A DNA stretch of 64,000 nucleotides from Patescibacteria group bacterium (GTDB lineage Bacteria > Patescibacteriota > Patescibacteriia > XYB2-FULL-38-15): contig JBAZJZ010000001.1 of NCBI GenBank assembly GCA_041650995.1, positions 427,302 through 491,301 of the forward strand, in the 5' to 3' direction. The first letter of the stretch is position 1. The number at the start of each line of letters is the position of its first letter. The notes beneath the pieces were generated by a model. That model ran no database searches. It was not told the DNA's origin and saw nothing but the letters and a program-made list of their open reading frames with translations. Shown in pieces: positions 1 through 9,587 of the stretch. The position numbers and the translations under genes are program-made.

Positions 1-318
1 GTTTTTGAACCGGGAAAATATTATTTAGTAAAAACAATGGAAAAAGTAAATTTGCCGGTCACTGTCTCCGGAATTATTTTTCCGCGCACAACTCTTTTCC
101 GCTCTGGATTGGGTCTTTTTAACGGCATTGTCCAGCCAGGCTATCAAGGCGAACTGACTTTTGGACTTTGCAATCTCGGAAAATCAAATATTAAAATTTC
201 TTTCGGCGCGCGAGTTGTCCACATTACTTTCCACGAAGTGCTGGGTGAAGGTAATCAATATCGCGGACAATGGCAAGGCGGTCGAGTCGCGACCGGCGGT
301 AAAGAAATGCAAGTATGA
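1..318 (+). CDS. dCTP deaminase/dUTPase-family protein, C-terminal part (5' end lies outside the window)
   Basis: The reading frame is open from base 1. The motif GIVQPGYQGELTF...YRGQWQGG resembles motif III and the C-terminal tail of dCTP deaminase/dUTPase. Confidence 0.5.
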   Translation, partial: VFEPGKYYLVKTMEKVNLPVTVSGIIFPRTTLFRSGLGLFNGIVQPGYQGELTFGLCNLGKSNIKISFGARVVHITFHEVLGEGNQYRGQWQGGRVATGGKEMQV

Positions 319-818
319 TAAAAATTAGAAAACACTTACGAAAAGACATCCCCTACCGTGTAAAATGGTTAAATAATCCCGAGGTAAACAAGTTTATTGG
401 CGATGAAATGGGGCAAAAGACAAATCTGAAAAAAGAAAAAGAGTGGTTTTCTAATTATCTGAAAGATAAAAACAAAAAATTCTTTACTATTTGTGATGAT
501 TCTAAGCCAATAGGCTTTATGGGATTATCACATATTAGCAAGTCAAATAAAAACGCAGATCTATTTATTGCTATTGGCGAAGATGACTATCGCGGCAAAG
601 GAATTGGAAATATCGCCATAAAATGGTTGACTGATTACGGATTCAAAAAATTAAAACTTCATAAAATCAACTTAGGTGTTGTTAAAGACAATCGCCATGC
701 GGTTAAAATATATAAATCTTTGGGCTTTGTTGTTGAGGGCGAGATGAAAGACGAAATTTTTTATAAAAGCAAATATCATGATTTTTTATCCATGGCAATT
801 TTTAACAGAAAAAAATAA
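315..818 (+). CDS. GNAT-family N-acetyltransferase
   Basis: 167 aa. Contains the acetyl-CoA binding-like segment YRGKGIGNIAIKWLTDYGF...NRHAVKIYKSLGF. Its start overlaps the stop of the preceding gene by 4 nt (ATGA). Confidence 0.6.
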   Translation: MIKIRKHLRKDIPYRVKWLNNPEVNKFIGDEMGQKTNLKKEKEWFSNYLKDKNKKFFTICDDSKPIGFMGLSHISKSNKNADLFIAIGEDDYRGKGIGNIAIKWLTDYGFKKLKLHKINLGVVKDNRHAVKIYKSLGFVVEGEMKDEIFYKSKYHDFLSMAIFNRKK

Positions 819-827
819 TCTAACTCT

Positions 828-1826
828 ATGGAAAAACACCCCGAATACCAATATTTAGATTTGCTCCAAGATATTTTGGATCACGGTTCGGATAAAAAAT
901 TATTTTTTACTCCGGAGGTTTTGGAGGAATATAAAAAGAAAGGCGAAGAGCCACCTTATATCCGTTCTGTTTTTGGCCGGCAAATCCGTTTTGATTTGAG
1001 AAAGGGTTTTCCGATTCTGACGACAAAGAAAGTTTTTTTCCGCGGAATCATTGAAGAATTAATTTGGTTTTTATCCGGCAGCACAAATGTTAAACCGCTC
1101 GTGGACAAAGACGTGCATATTTGGGATGAATGGGCTTGGAAAAGATATCATAAATATTGTTTGCAAAATAAACCCGAGGAAGATTTGACCCAGGAAAATT
1201 TTATAAAAAAAATTAAAGAACTGCCGGCGGACGATGAATTTGTAAAAAAATGGGGCGACCTGATTTGTGTTTACGGAAAAATGTGGCGACGCTGGCCGGC
1301 CTCGGACGGTCGCGAGATTGATCAACTCGGCTGGTGCATTCAAGGTTTGAAAGAAAAACCATTTAGAAAATCTTATGTTGTTTCCGCCTGGAATCCGGAT
1401 TTTATTTATGCCATGGCTTCAAAAGGCAACGCTAATGAAGTCCCGCCTTTTTGCCACACGATGTATCAATTCCAGGTCACGGGCGACGGCGTTTTGAACT
1501 TAGGATTATACCAACGAAGCGCTGATGTTTTTTTGGGCGTCCCGTTTAATATCACAAGTTACGCTCTCCTGCTTTTGATGGTCGCGCAAATTACCGGATT
1601 AAAACCCGGCGAATTTGTTCACACTTTTGGCGACGTGCATATTTATTCCAATCATTTTGATCAAGTCAAAGAACAAATAAGCCGTGAACCAAAACCGTGG
1701 CCGACAATGAAACTGAATCCTGAAATAAAAAATATTGATGATTTTAAATTTGAAGATTTTGAATTGCAAAATTACGAATCTCATCCGGCAATTAAAGCGG
1801 AAATCGCCAACATCGGCGGGTTCTAA
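828..1826 (+). CDS. thyA: thymidylate synthase
   Basis: Classic ThyA motifs: FFRGIIEELIWFLSGSTNV, SAWNP, VPPFCHTMYQFQV, YQRSADVFLGVPFNI. Confidence 0.9.
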   Translation: MEKHPEYQYLDLLQDILDHGSDKKLFFTPEVLEEYKKKGEEPPYIRSVFGRQIRFDLRKGFPILTTKKVFFRGIIEELIWFLSGSTNVKPLVDKDVHIWDEWAWKRYHKYCLQNKPEEDLTQENFIKKIKELPADDEFVKKWGDLICVYGKMWRRWPASDGREIDQLGWCIQGLKEKPFRKSYVVSAWNPDFIYAMASKGNANEVPPFCHTMYQFQVTGDGVLNLGLYQRSADVFLGVPFNITSYALLLLMVAQITGLKPGEFVHTFGDVHIYSNHFDQVKEQISREPKPWPTMKLNPEIKNIDDFKFEDFELQNYESHPAIKAEIANIGGF

Positions 1827-1831
1827 AAATT

Positions 1832-1852
1832 CCCCTCCTCTTTGAGGAGGGG
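1832..1852. repeat. CCCCTCCTC-TTT-GAGGAGGGG perfect hairpin followed by TTAGGG, a member of a recurring CCCCTC/GAGGGG hairpin family
   Basis: Perfect 9-bp inverted repeat immediately after the thyA stop codon. Related hairpins occur at 53135-53157 and 53251-53271. Confidence 0.5.
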
Positions 1853-1922
1853 TTAGGGATGGTGCGGATTTCAAAACCACCCCAGCCCCTCCTTGGAAAG
1901 GAGAGGAAAATATATTTAATCT

Positions 1923-2420
1923 ATGACTATCTCAGCCATCGCTGTCACAAACAAAAACCGCGCGATCGGTTTTAAAAATAAATTGCTCTGGAATCTTCCG
2001 CCCGACCTGGAACATTTTAAAAAAATCACTTCCGGCCACACAATAATTATGGGCGGCAATACTTTTGTCTCGCTCGGCCGTCCCCTTCCGAAACGCGTAA
2101 ATATTGTTATAACCAAAAATAAAAATTTTTCTGCGCCGGGATGTATTATTGTTTCTTCGCCAGAAGAAGCCTTAGAGCGCGCGAAGGCGGAAGAAGAAAA
2201 ATTTCCCACCAAGCAAAAAGAAGTTTTCGTAATCGGCGGCGCTTCAATTTATGCGCAAATGTTGCCGCATGTTGAAAAACTTTATTTGACTATCGTGGAC
2301 GATGAGCTTGCGGAAGCCGACACTTATTTTCCGGATTATTCTGCATTCAAAATCACAAGTGAATCCGAACCGCAAGAATATAACGGATTGAAATATAAAT
2401 TTATTGAATTAACGAGATAA
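1923..2420 (+). CDS. folA: dihydrofolate reductase
   Basis: 165 aa. IAVTNKNRAIGFKNKLLWNLPPDLEHFKKITSGHTIIMGGNTF...IVITKN matches the DHFR N-terminal signature. Confidence 0.85.
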   Translation: MTISAIAVTNKNRAIGFKNKLLWNLPPDLEHFKKITSGHTIIMGGNTFVSLGRPLPKRVNIVITKNKNFSAPGCIIVSSPEEALERAKAEEEKFPTKQKEVFVIGGASIYAQMLPHVEKLYLTIVDDELAEADTYFPDYSAFKITSESEPQEYNGLKYKFIELTR

Positions 2421-2428
2421 TTTTTAAA

Positions 2429-3010
2429 ATGAATAAATTTGTCGCTATAGTCGGGATGCCCGGCGCGGGAAAAAGCGAGGTGGCCGACGAACTCATCAAA
2501 CACGGCTACCAATACATCCGTTTTGGCCAAATCACTTTAGACGAAGTTAAAAAACGCGGCCTCGCACCGACAGAAGAAAATGAAAGGCCAATCCGCGAAG
2601 AGCTCCGAAAACAATACGGTCCGGGAGCATTTGCCACTTTGAATATTCCAAAATTTGATGAGGCATTAAAAATTGGCAATGTTGTTGGCGACGGACTTTA
2701 TAGCTGGTCTGAATATAAAATTTTAAAAGATAAATACAAAGAAAATTTAATTGTCATCGCGGTTTACGCGCCGCCAAAATTAAGATGTGAGAGATTAGCA
2801 AATCGAGCCGGGCGACACGGCGATGATCCAAAATTAAAATATCGCTCCTCCACTCCAGAATCTGCAAAAGCCCGCGACTACGCGGAAATTGAAAATATAG
2901 AAAAGGGAGGACCAATCGCCATGGCCGATTACACAATTATAAATATTGGAACGTTGGACGAACTTCGAACCCAAGCAGAAAAAATTTTGGAAGAAATAAA
3001 TAATTTTTAA
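2429..3010 (+). CDS. P-loop nucleoside/nucleotide kinase-family protein
   Basis: Walker A motif VGMPGAGKSEV at the N-terminus. It sits between folA and the tmk-like gene. Confidence 0.45.
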   Translation: MNKFVAIVGMPGAGKSEVADELIKHGYQYIRFGQITLDEVKKRGLAPTEENERPIREELRKQYGPGAFATLNIPKFDEALKIGNVVGDGLYSWSEYKILKDKYKENLIVIAVYAPPKLRCERLANRAGRHGDDPKLKYRSSTPESAKARDYAEIENIEKGGPIAMADYTIINIGTLDELRTQAEKILEEINNF

Positions 3011-3014
3011 AAAT

Positions 3015-3737
3015 ATGAAAAAGGGCGCCTTCGTTTTGGTCGATGGCATTGATGGCTCCGGCAAGGCGGCGATTATTAAATCTCTGGCTGCTTGGGCTGA
3101 AAATAAAAAATTGAAAATTTTGGATTTAAAAGATTATTGGAAAATAAAACACACTTTTCCGGAGCCGGAAGAAATTGCCGAATACGACGTAATAATTTCC
3201 GCCGAACCGACTTATTCCATGGTCGGCCAGGCAATCCGCGAAGAAATTGTCCGTGAAAACAACCGACAATATTCAGCCTGGACTACGGCTGAAGCTTTTT
3301 CTCTTGACCGCGAAATTTTATACCGCCGCGTAATTCTTCCAGCGCTGGAACAAGGAAAAATAATTTTTCAGGAACGCGGCGTCACAACTTCCATAATTTA
3401 CCAACCAATCCAAAAAGAATTCCTGGAACTTGAAAAAATTTTAGAATTGCCCGGAAACAAATTAGCGCTCGAATACCGGCCGGATTTAATTATCATCGCT
3501 CTTGTTGATCCGAAAGAAGCCGTGAAGCGGATTACTGAACGGGATAAAAAAGATTATTCAATTTTTGAAAAACTCCCCTTTTTGGAAAAAATCGCCGAAA
3601 GATTTGCCGCGCCGTGGTTTCGAAAGCTTATGGAAAAACACAGCAGTGAATTTGTTTATTTAAAGACAGATAAAACCGTTTATGATACAATAAAGGAAAC
3701 TACCGATATTTGGGAAAATTTTTTAAAAAAAATATAA
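3015..3737 (+). CDS. tmk: thymidylate (dTMP) kinase-like protein
   Basis: The N-terminal FVLVDGIDGSGKAA matches the Tmk P-loop (xEGxDGxGK). 240 aa. Confidence 0.55.
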   Translation: MKKGAFVLVDGIDGSGKAAIIKSLAAWAENKKLKILDLKDYWKIKHTFPEPEEIAEYDVIISAEPTYSMVGQAIREEIVRENNRQYSAWTTAEAFSLDREILYRRVILPALEQGKIIFQERGVTTSIIYQPIQKEFLELEKILELPGNKLALEYRPDLIIIALVDPKEAVKRITERDKKDYSIFEKLPFLEKIAERFAAPWFRKLMEKHSSEFVYLKTDKTVYDTIKETTDIWENFLKKI

Positions 3738-3773
3738 TTAATCGCGAATTTTTCTTAAAATCCGCCAAAAACT

Positions 3774-4499
3774 ATGCTTATCAAAGTCGCCGATCTAATA
3801 CGCGAAAGCTGGGCACTTTACAAAAATAATTTCGCCCTTTTCGCGAAAATTATTGCCTGGCTCCTTATTCCTTCCGTCATTTTATCTTTGTTGCCCTACT
3901 TCATTTCAAACCCCGTGGTTTTCATGGCGACAAACTTTCTTCTTTCGCTTGCCTCGTGGATGCTGAGTGTTTTAATTATGATTGCTTTAATTCTGGCAAT
4001 GGATGCTGTTCTCAAAAAAGAACCAGTTAATCTAAAAAATATTTATAATTTAAGTTATTCAAAAACTTTTTCCGGAATTATCATCTCCATTTTGGTTTCC
4101 CTCGCGGTCGGCTTTGGCACGCTCCTTTTAATCATCCCTGGCATAATTTTTTCCGTCTGGTTTTCTTTCAGTCTTTACATCTTAGTGCTGGAAAATAAAA
4201 AAGGAACTGAAGCTCTTTCCGCCAGCCGCCAATTGGTAAAAGGGAAATTTTGGCCGATTCTCTGGCGCTGGATTGCTCCAAATTTTGTCTACGGCATAAT
4301 TCTTCTCATCGTCATTCTTATTCCCGTTTATATAATTGATTTTGCCGTCGGCCAGCCAGGCGCAAGCTTCACCGCAACTTCAACATGGTGGTCAATGATT
4401 ATTGCCAATGTTATTCCTGTTTTTGCTGCCCCATTATTTTACGCATTGGGATTTATCCTCTATAACTCTGTTAAAAAAAGCGCGGCTCTGCCGCAATAA
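3774..4499 (+). CDS. polytopic membrane protein of unknown function
   Basis: 241 aa with at least six hydrophobic helices. No recognizable catalytic motif. Confidence 0.4.
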   Translation: MLIKVADLIRESWALYKNNFALFAKIIAWLLIPSVILSLLPYFISNPVVFMATNFLLSLASWMLSVLIMIALILAMDAVLKKEPVNLKNIYNLSYSKTFSGIIISILVSLAVGFGTLLLIIPGIIFSVWFSFSLYILVLENKKGTEALSASRQLVKGKFWPILWRWIAPNFVYGIILLIVILIPVYIIDFAVGQPGASFTATSTWWSMIIANVIPVFAAPLFYALGFILYNSVKKSAALPQ

Positions 4500-4529
4500 T
4501 AAATTGCGAAGCAATCTGATCTGAATTTT

Positions 4530-6074
4530 ATGCATCTGGTCCCGGTCATTGGACTTGAAATTCATGTCCAATTAAAAACAAAATCAAAAATGTTCTGCGG
4601 TTGCGACAATACCGGCGAAGATCAGCCGCCGAACACAACCGTCTGCCCTATTTGCATGGGTCATCCTGGCACGCTCCCCGTCATCAACGAGCAGGCGTTG
4701 GAGTGGGCCGGACTTATGGCCCTGGCTTTAAATTGTAAAATTCAAAAATCTTCAAAGTTTGACCGCAAACAATATTTTTATCCCGATCTGCCAAAGGGTT
4801 ACCAAATTTCCCAATATGACAAACCTGTATGCTTGGACGGTTTTTTGGAAATTGATATTCCGACCAAAGATGAAAAAAAACAACGGCCTTGGGCGAAGAT
4901 AAAAATAAACCGTGTTCATCTCGAAGAAGATGCCGCAAAAACATTCCATAGCGAAGATGGAAAAAATAGTCTTGTTGACTATAACCGTTCTGGCACGCCA
5001 CTTCTGGAAATTGTCACCGAGCCGGACATTGCCTCGCCCCTTGAAGCAAAAATTTTCATGCAGGAATTGCGGCTTATCGCCCGCTATCTTGGAATTTCCG
5101 ACGCGGATATGGAAAAAGGTCATCTCCGCTGCGATGCTAATATTTCTCTCCGAGAAGTTCTTGACGACCCAACCAAAGAAAAAAAATTAGTAAAACTTAA
5201 CGCAAAAACCGAAATTAAAAATTTAAATTCTTTCCGAGCGGTTGAACGCGCGCTGGAATACGAAATCAAAAGGCAAACCGAACTTTGGGAAAAAGGAAAA
5301 CCGCCGACCATTACCACAACTCGCGGCTGGAACGATGTAAAACAAATAACTATAGACCAACGCACGAAAGAAGCTGAAAACGATTATCGCTATTTCCCCG
5401 AACCAGACTTGCCTCCGCTTGATTTGAGTAAACTAGAAGAAAAAGTTAAAAGCAAACTTCCTGAACTGCCTCGCGCTAAAAAAATAAGATTTGTGTCTCA
5501 ATACGAATTTACTGACGAAGAAACAAAAATTTTGATTGAAGACAAAAAACTCGCTAACTACGCGGAAAATATCATTTCCGAACTGCAAGCATGGCTCCTT
5601 TCACTAGAAGGGATTGAAGGAACAGAGGAAGAAATCTGGGAAAAAAATAAACACAAACTTGTCCGTCTTGTCGCCGGATGGCTCATAAATAAACTCTGCG
5701 GATTAATGGCTGATAATAAAATTGATATACGCCGCCTAAAAATCACTCCGGAAAATTTTGCCGAGTTTATCACCATGATTTATCAAAATAAAATTTCCGG
5801 GCCGACAGCACTGAAAATTCTTGAAGAAATGATGCTAACAGGCGGAGATCCTTCGCAGATTATGGAAAGTAAAAATCTCGGCCAGATAAGCGACGCTGGC
5901 GAGATAGAAAAAATAATTGACGAACTTCTCACCGACCACCCCGAAGAAACTGTAGAATACAAACAAGGAAAAACCGCCCTGCTCCAATTCTTCATCGGCC
6001 AAGTAATGAAAAAAACCCAAGGCAAAGCTAATCCTAAAATCGCCGAAGAAATTATTAAAAAGAAACTCGGATAG
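4530..6074 (+). CDS. gatB: Asp-tRNA(Asn)/Glu-tRNA(Gln) amidotransferase subunit B
   Basis: MHLVPVIGLEIHVQLKTKSKMFCGC..., 514 aa. The family N-terminus is unmistakable. Confidence 0.9.
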   Translation: MHLVPVIGLEIHVQLKTKSKMFCGCDNTGEDQPPNTTVCPICMGHPGTLPVINEQALEWAGLMALALNCKIQKSSKFDRKQYFYPDLPKGYQISQYDKPVCLDGFLEIDIPTKDEKKQRPWAKIKINRVHLEEDAAKTFHSEDGKNSLVDYNRSGTPLLEIVTEPDIASPLEAKIFMQELRLIARYLGISDADMEKGHLRCDANISLREVLDDPTKEKKLVKLNAKTEIKNLNSFRAVERALEYEIKRQTELWEKGKPPTITTTRGWNDVKQITIDQRTKEAENDYRYFPEPDLPPLDLSKLEEKVKSKLPELPRAKKIRFVSQYEFTDEETKILIEDKKLANYAENIISELQAWLLSLEGIEGTEEEIWEKNKHKLVRLVAGWLINKLCGLMADNKIDIRRLKITPENFAEFITMIYQNKISGPTALKILEEMMLTGGDPSQIMESKNLGQISDAGEIEKIIDELLTDHPEETVEYKQGKTALLQFFIGQVMKKTQGKANPKIAEEIIKKKLG

Positions 6075-6085
6075 AAAATCAAAAA

Positions 6086-6114
6086 CTGCTCAAATTTCCT
6101 GGGCAGTTTTTGGT
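6086..6114 (+). terminator. rho-independent terminator after gatB
   Basis: Stem CTGCTCA...TGGGCAG followed by TTTTT. Confidence 0.4.
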
Positions 6115-6178
6115 CTTGCTATCCTCTCCGCGATTTCCGCGGAGGGTCCGAGCCCATGGCAAAGAAAGGAGGAACGCC

Positions 6179-6424
6179 ATGACTCGACATGCTGAAGAGG
6201 CGCGCGTTGGAGAGGAAGGTGACGTCCCAGAGTGCATCCACAAGAAGCCCTGGGCCAAATGCGCCTGTTGCCGGGGAAAATTCGGCATGCTGGTGATCGA
6301 CCTGGACATTTTGCTCAGTCGAAACCAGCCGCCGGAAGTCGTCGGCAATCTGGTGGCAGAAGGCATCCGGAGGATGCGACGCGGAAAGGAGGAACTGGAA
6401 AGACGTGGGGCAAGTCCCAAGTAG
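6179..6424 (+). CDS. small GC-rich hypothetical protein (81 aa) with a Cys cluster (PECIHKKPWAKCACCRGK)
   Basis: AAGGAGG lies 6 nt upstream of the ATG at 6179. The ORF sits in a ~58% GC island inside ~35% GC flanks. The ORF track's longer 6110 start lacks an RBS. Confidence 0.4.
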   Translation: MTRHAEEARVGEEGDVPECIHKKPWAKCACCRGKFGMLVIDLDILLSRNQPPEVVGNLVAEGIRRMRRGKEELERRGASPK

Positions 6425-6480
6425 AATAAAACACATGAGACCAAAAAGGGCGTTTTGCTTTAAGCACCACGCCCTTAATT

Positions 6481-7413
6481 TTATTTAATCCACTTTTTTA
6501 TTTTTTCTTCTATTTCTTTATAATTTTTTATCCACTTAATTCTTTTATCACGGCGAAACCAAGTCATCTGCCGCCTGGCATACGCATGCGTCCTATATTT
6601 TATTTTTTGAGCTGCTTCTACGAGATCTTGTTTGCCCAATAAGTATTCGCCAATTTCCTTATATCCAATCCCGCTCATGGACGGAAGATTTGGATTATAT
6701 TTTTTTAATAATTTTTTTGTTTCGTTAACCAAACCGTCTTTTATCATTTTCTCCACCCGCCGGTCAATGTTTTCATAAAGTTTTTGCCGCGGAACATTTA
6801 TTCCAATTTGTAAAACATCAAATAGCGGCTCACCCTTTTCTCGCAATTTGGAAAATTGTTTGCCAGTCGCAAGACATACTTCAAGGGCGCGAATTATTCT
6901 CCGCGGATTATTGGCGTCCACTGCCTCGGCCGCGCCAGGATCAAGTTTTAATAATTTTTTATACCATTTCGCGATAGCGCCGGGTTTTTTAATTTCTTTT
7001 TCAAATTGTGCTCGCAATTTTTTATTTGGCGGCACCGCCGGAATTTCCAAATTATCAACAATAGATTGAATATATAATCCGGTTCCCCCAACTAAAAACG
7101 GCACCTTGCCGCGCTTCAAAATATCTTTAATCGCCGCAAGCGCCTTCTTCTTATAATCCGCCAAAGTAAATTCTTCGTCAGGCTTTAACACATCAAGCAA
7201 ATAATGTTCCACGCCTTTTTTATCAATCACCTTTCCTGTCCCAACATTCATTCCTTGGTAAATCTGCCTTGAATCGGCATTTACAATTTCTCCCTTAAAT
7301 TTTTTCGCCAATTTCAAAGACAAGCCCGTCTTTCCCGACGCCGTCGGACCCAAAATTACTATCAGTTTTGGCAACTGGAGTCCCGCCTTTAGGCGGGGTT
7401 TAGATATTGACAT
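6481..7413 (-). CDS. miaA: tRNA dimethylallyltransferase
   Basis: ILGPTASGKTGLSLKLAKKF P-loop, 310 aa, typical MiaA. Confidence 0.9.
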   Translation of the reverse strand: MSISKPRLKAGLQLPKLIVILGPTASGKTGLSLKLAKKFKGEIVNADSRQIYQGMNVGTGKVIDKKGVEHYLLDVLKPDEEFTLADYKKKALAAIKDILKRGKVPFLVGGTGLYIQSIVDNLEIPAVPPNKKLRAQFEKEIKKPGAIAKWYKKLLKLDPGAAEAVDANNPRRIIRALEVCLATGKQFSKLREKGEPLFDVLQIGINVPRQKLYENIDRRVEKMIKDGLVNETKKLLKKYNPNLPSMSGIGYKEIGEYLLGKQDLVEAAQKIKYRTHAYARRQMTWFRRDKRIKWIKNYKEIEEKIKKWIK

Positions 7414-7459
7414 ATTATCTTTTTTATATTAACTTAAAGGCAGCAAAGGAGGAAAAATA

Positions 7460-7684
7460 ATGACCAAGAAGACTATCCGCATAGTCGCCGCAACATTATT
7501 CGGCTTACTGGCATTGACATTTGCCTGGGCTGCGGACAGCTACGGGGACGGACCATCCTTCAGCTCTCCACCGCCACTCGCCTACTTCGTGGTGTTCGGT
7601 GGCTTTTCTATCGCATGTCTGGTAATGGCCGTTTTGTTCATTTGCAAGCCGCCGCCCTGCATGAAAGATTCGCCAAGGGAGTAA
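7460..7684 (+). CDS. small GC-rich membrane protein (74 aa)
   Basis: AAAGGAGG RBS 7 nt upstream. Two hydrophobic helices. GC-rich codons, unlike the flanking genes. Confidence 0.35.
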   Translation: MTKKTIRIVAATLFGLLALTFAWAADSYGDGPSFSSPPPLAYFVVFGGFSIACLVMAVLFICKPPPCMKDSPRE

Positions 7685-7691
7685 CAAGGTC

Positions 7692-7895
7692 ATGAAAAAA
7701 CTCAAGGGTGTGGCCGGCGGGATTGGCTACCTCTTGCTCGCGCTGATTTTTCTCGCTGGTGCCGGAGGAATGGCGACCGTTCCCAATCTCGCGCTCGCCG
7801 AACGAGCGTTCATCGTCATCGTTACGATTATCGCGGTGGTTTGCCTCTTCGCAAAAGCCATCGGTGTGGTTCGTGACGCTTGGAAAAAAGAATAG
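7692..7895 (+). CDS. small GC-rich membrane protein (67 aa)
   Basis: Starts 8 nt after the previous small ORF. Two hydrophobic helices. It lies in the same GC-rich island. Confidence 0.35.
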   Translation: MKKLKGVAGGIGYLLLALIFLAGAGGMATVPNLALAERAFIVIVTIIAVVCLFAKAIGVVRDAWKKE

Positions 7896-7924
7896 GTAAG
7901 GCTCCACCTCAAACGGGCCATTTT

Positions 7925-9202
7925 TTATCCTTCCAAAATCCATTCAAACGCTTTTTTTATTTTAACATTAAAAATTTTTCCAATCATATTCTTCTTGCCG
8001 TTGAATCTCACTCTTTTCATTTCTAAAGAATTTCCAATGCACTTTCCGTTTTTATATTCATCTACTAATACCGACACGACTTTCCCGACATATTTCTGAT
8101 TTTTTTCAAAAACAATTTTCTCCATCAAATTCTGTAAAACATCCCGCCGCCGTTTTTTTTCGGCGCGCGGCACATCGTCCTTAAACTTCGCGGCCGCTGT
8201 TCCCTCTCGCGGCGAATATATCGCGAGATACGCAATATCAAAATCTGCTTTTTTATAAAGTTCCACCGTGTTTTGAAACGATTTTTTTGTTTCACCGGGA
8301 AAACCGACAATAATGTCTGTGCCAAGCGCGATGCCTAGCCTTTTTTTATTTATTTTTGCGACGAGTTTTAAATAATCTGCAGTAGTATAACTGCGATTCA
8401 TCTGTTTTAAAACTTTATCATCCCCGGCCTGAAGCGGCAGATGAAGATAATTTACCATTTTGGGCAAAGTCAGGGCGTCAATAACTTCATTTGTCATATC
8501 GCGCGGATGTGGCGCGGTAAAAAAGATTCGTTTAATTCCTCTTATTTGATTTACCTCCCAGAGTAATGCGGCAAAAGGATGTTTATATGGATTTTTTTTG
8601 GAAAAATTTTTAGTATCATCCGGCCAATAGGCATTTACGTTTTGCCCTAAAAGAGTTATTTCAAGACATCCCCTTTTTGCTAAATTTTTTATTTCCGCCA
8701 CCACCTCAACGACAGGCCGACTCACTTCCCTGCCTCGGACGTATGGCACGGCGCAATATGAACAAAAATTATTACAGCCGGTCATGATCGGAACAAACGC
8801 AGAAAATTTTGTTGAGTATCTTGGCTCAATTTTAAAATAATGCTCGTGCCAACTTTGGCAATAATTTTTAAACTTTTCTAAATCAATAATTTGTTTTAAA
8901 TCCAAAACTAAATCAAATTTATCAATAAATTTTTTCTTGTCCCGCGGCAAAATACAGCCGGTTAAAATTGTTTTAAAATTGGGATTAACATTTTTTATTT
9001 TACTTAATTCCCTCGCCCGGCCGTATAAGCGATCCACTGCCGCCTGACGAACAGAACATGCTACGAGCACGGCCAAATCAGCCTGCTTTTCGCTTCTAGC
9101 AGGCTTATAACCAATCTTTTCAAGCACAGCCGCCACTCGTTCCGAATCGGATTTATTCATCTGACAGCCGTAAGCAATAATGTGATATTTATTTTTTCCC
9201 AT
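7925..9202 (-). CDS. miaB: MiaB/RimO-family radical-SAM methylthiotransferase
   Basis: N-terminal MTTase domain YGCQMNKSDSE and the radical SAM Cys triad CNNFCSYCAVP. 425 aa. Confidence 0.8.
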   Translation of the reverse strand: MGKNKYHIIAYGCQMNKSDSERVAAVLEKIGYKPARSEKQADLAVLVACSVRQAAVDRLYGRARELSKIKNVNPNFKTILTGCILPRDKKKFIDKFDLVLDLKQIIDLEKFKNYCQSWHEHYFKIEPRYSTKFSAFVPIMTGCNNFCSYCAVPYVRGREVSRPVVEVVAEIKNLAKRGCLEITLLGQNVNAYWPDDTKNFSKKNPYKHPFAALLWEVNQIRGIKRIFFTAPHPRDMTNEVIDALTLPKMVNYLHLPLQAGDDKVLKQMNRSYTTADYLKLVAKINKKRLGIALGTDIIVGFPGETKKSFQNTVELYKKADFDIAYLAIYSPREGTAAAKFKDDVPRAEKKRRRDVLQNLMEKIVFEKNQKYVGKVVSVLVDEYKNGKCIGNSLEMKRVRFNGKKNMIGKIFNVKIKKAFEWILEG

Positions 9203-9292
9203 AGCAATACTTTAACAAAATCATTGATTATTGACAAACCCCACTTTTTTTGCTAAAATATTGATATTAATCCATTTTTATATTATAATTTT

Positions 9293-9457
9293 ATGTCAGA
9301 ATTCAAAAGAGGTTATGAAGAGCCGCGCCGCATTGAGCCCGGCGATTGCCGACATGGCAATAAAGAAGCTACTTGTCCGGAATGTTTAAAGGACATTGAG
9401 GCCGCTGCCGAATCTCTTAAAAGATCGCGAAAACCAAAAAACCCCGAAGAAAAATAA
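9293..9457 (+). CDS. possible small zinc-ribbon-like protein (54 aa), not in the supplied ORF track
   Basis: ATG at 9293. Cys pattern C-x8-C-x2-C. Followed by a hairpin plus T-run at 9481-9505. Weak call. Confidence 0.2.
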   Translation: MSEFKRGYEEPRRIEPGDCRHGNKEATCPECLKDIEAAAESLKRSRKPKNPEEK

Positions 9458-9510
9458 AAATATCAGAATACAAAAAACTAGACAGTCCAACCAGGGCTGT
9501 CTTTTTACTC

Positions 9511-9539
9511 TTGACAAATTTATGATATCATTGTAAGGT
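9511..9539 (+). promoter_or_regulatory. sigma70-like promoter (TTGACA, 17 bp spacer, TAAGGT) for the GC-rich ORF
   Basis: TTGACA at 9511-9516, TAAGGT at 9534-9539, and a GGAGGG RBS before the ATG at 9588. Confidence 0.4.
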
Positions 9540-9587
9540 GAGGGGTTCCCTGGAAGAAGTACGAGGAATTCCGAAAGGAGGGTAACC

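Noticed and set aside
6135-6170. The sequence GGAGGGTCCGAGCCCATGGCAAAG resembles the conserved GGAAAGUCCGGGCUCCAUAGGGCA (P4) region of bacterial RNase P RNA, and GC-rich islands in AT-rich genomes are often structured RNAs.
   Set aside because: No complementary 3' P4 strand (ACAGAAnCCGGCUUA-like) or other RNase P helices could be found in the ~330-nt island. The segment instead has a consensus RBS plus an ATG opening an 81-codon frame. It is treated as a 5' UTR and small CDS.
9203-9290. The sequence TTGACAAACCCCACTTTTTTTGCTAAAATATTG looks like a plus-strand promoter upstream of miaB.
   Set aside because: miaB is on the minus strand. The element may instead drive the weak small ORF at 9293, so it is not listed as a separate feature.
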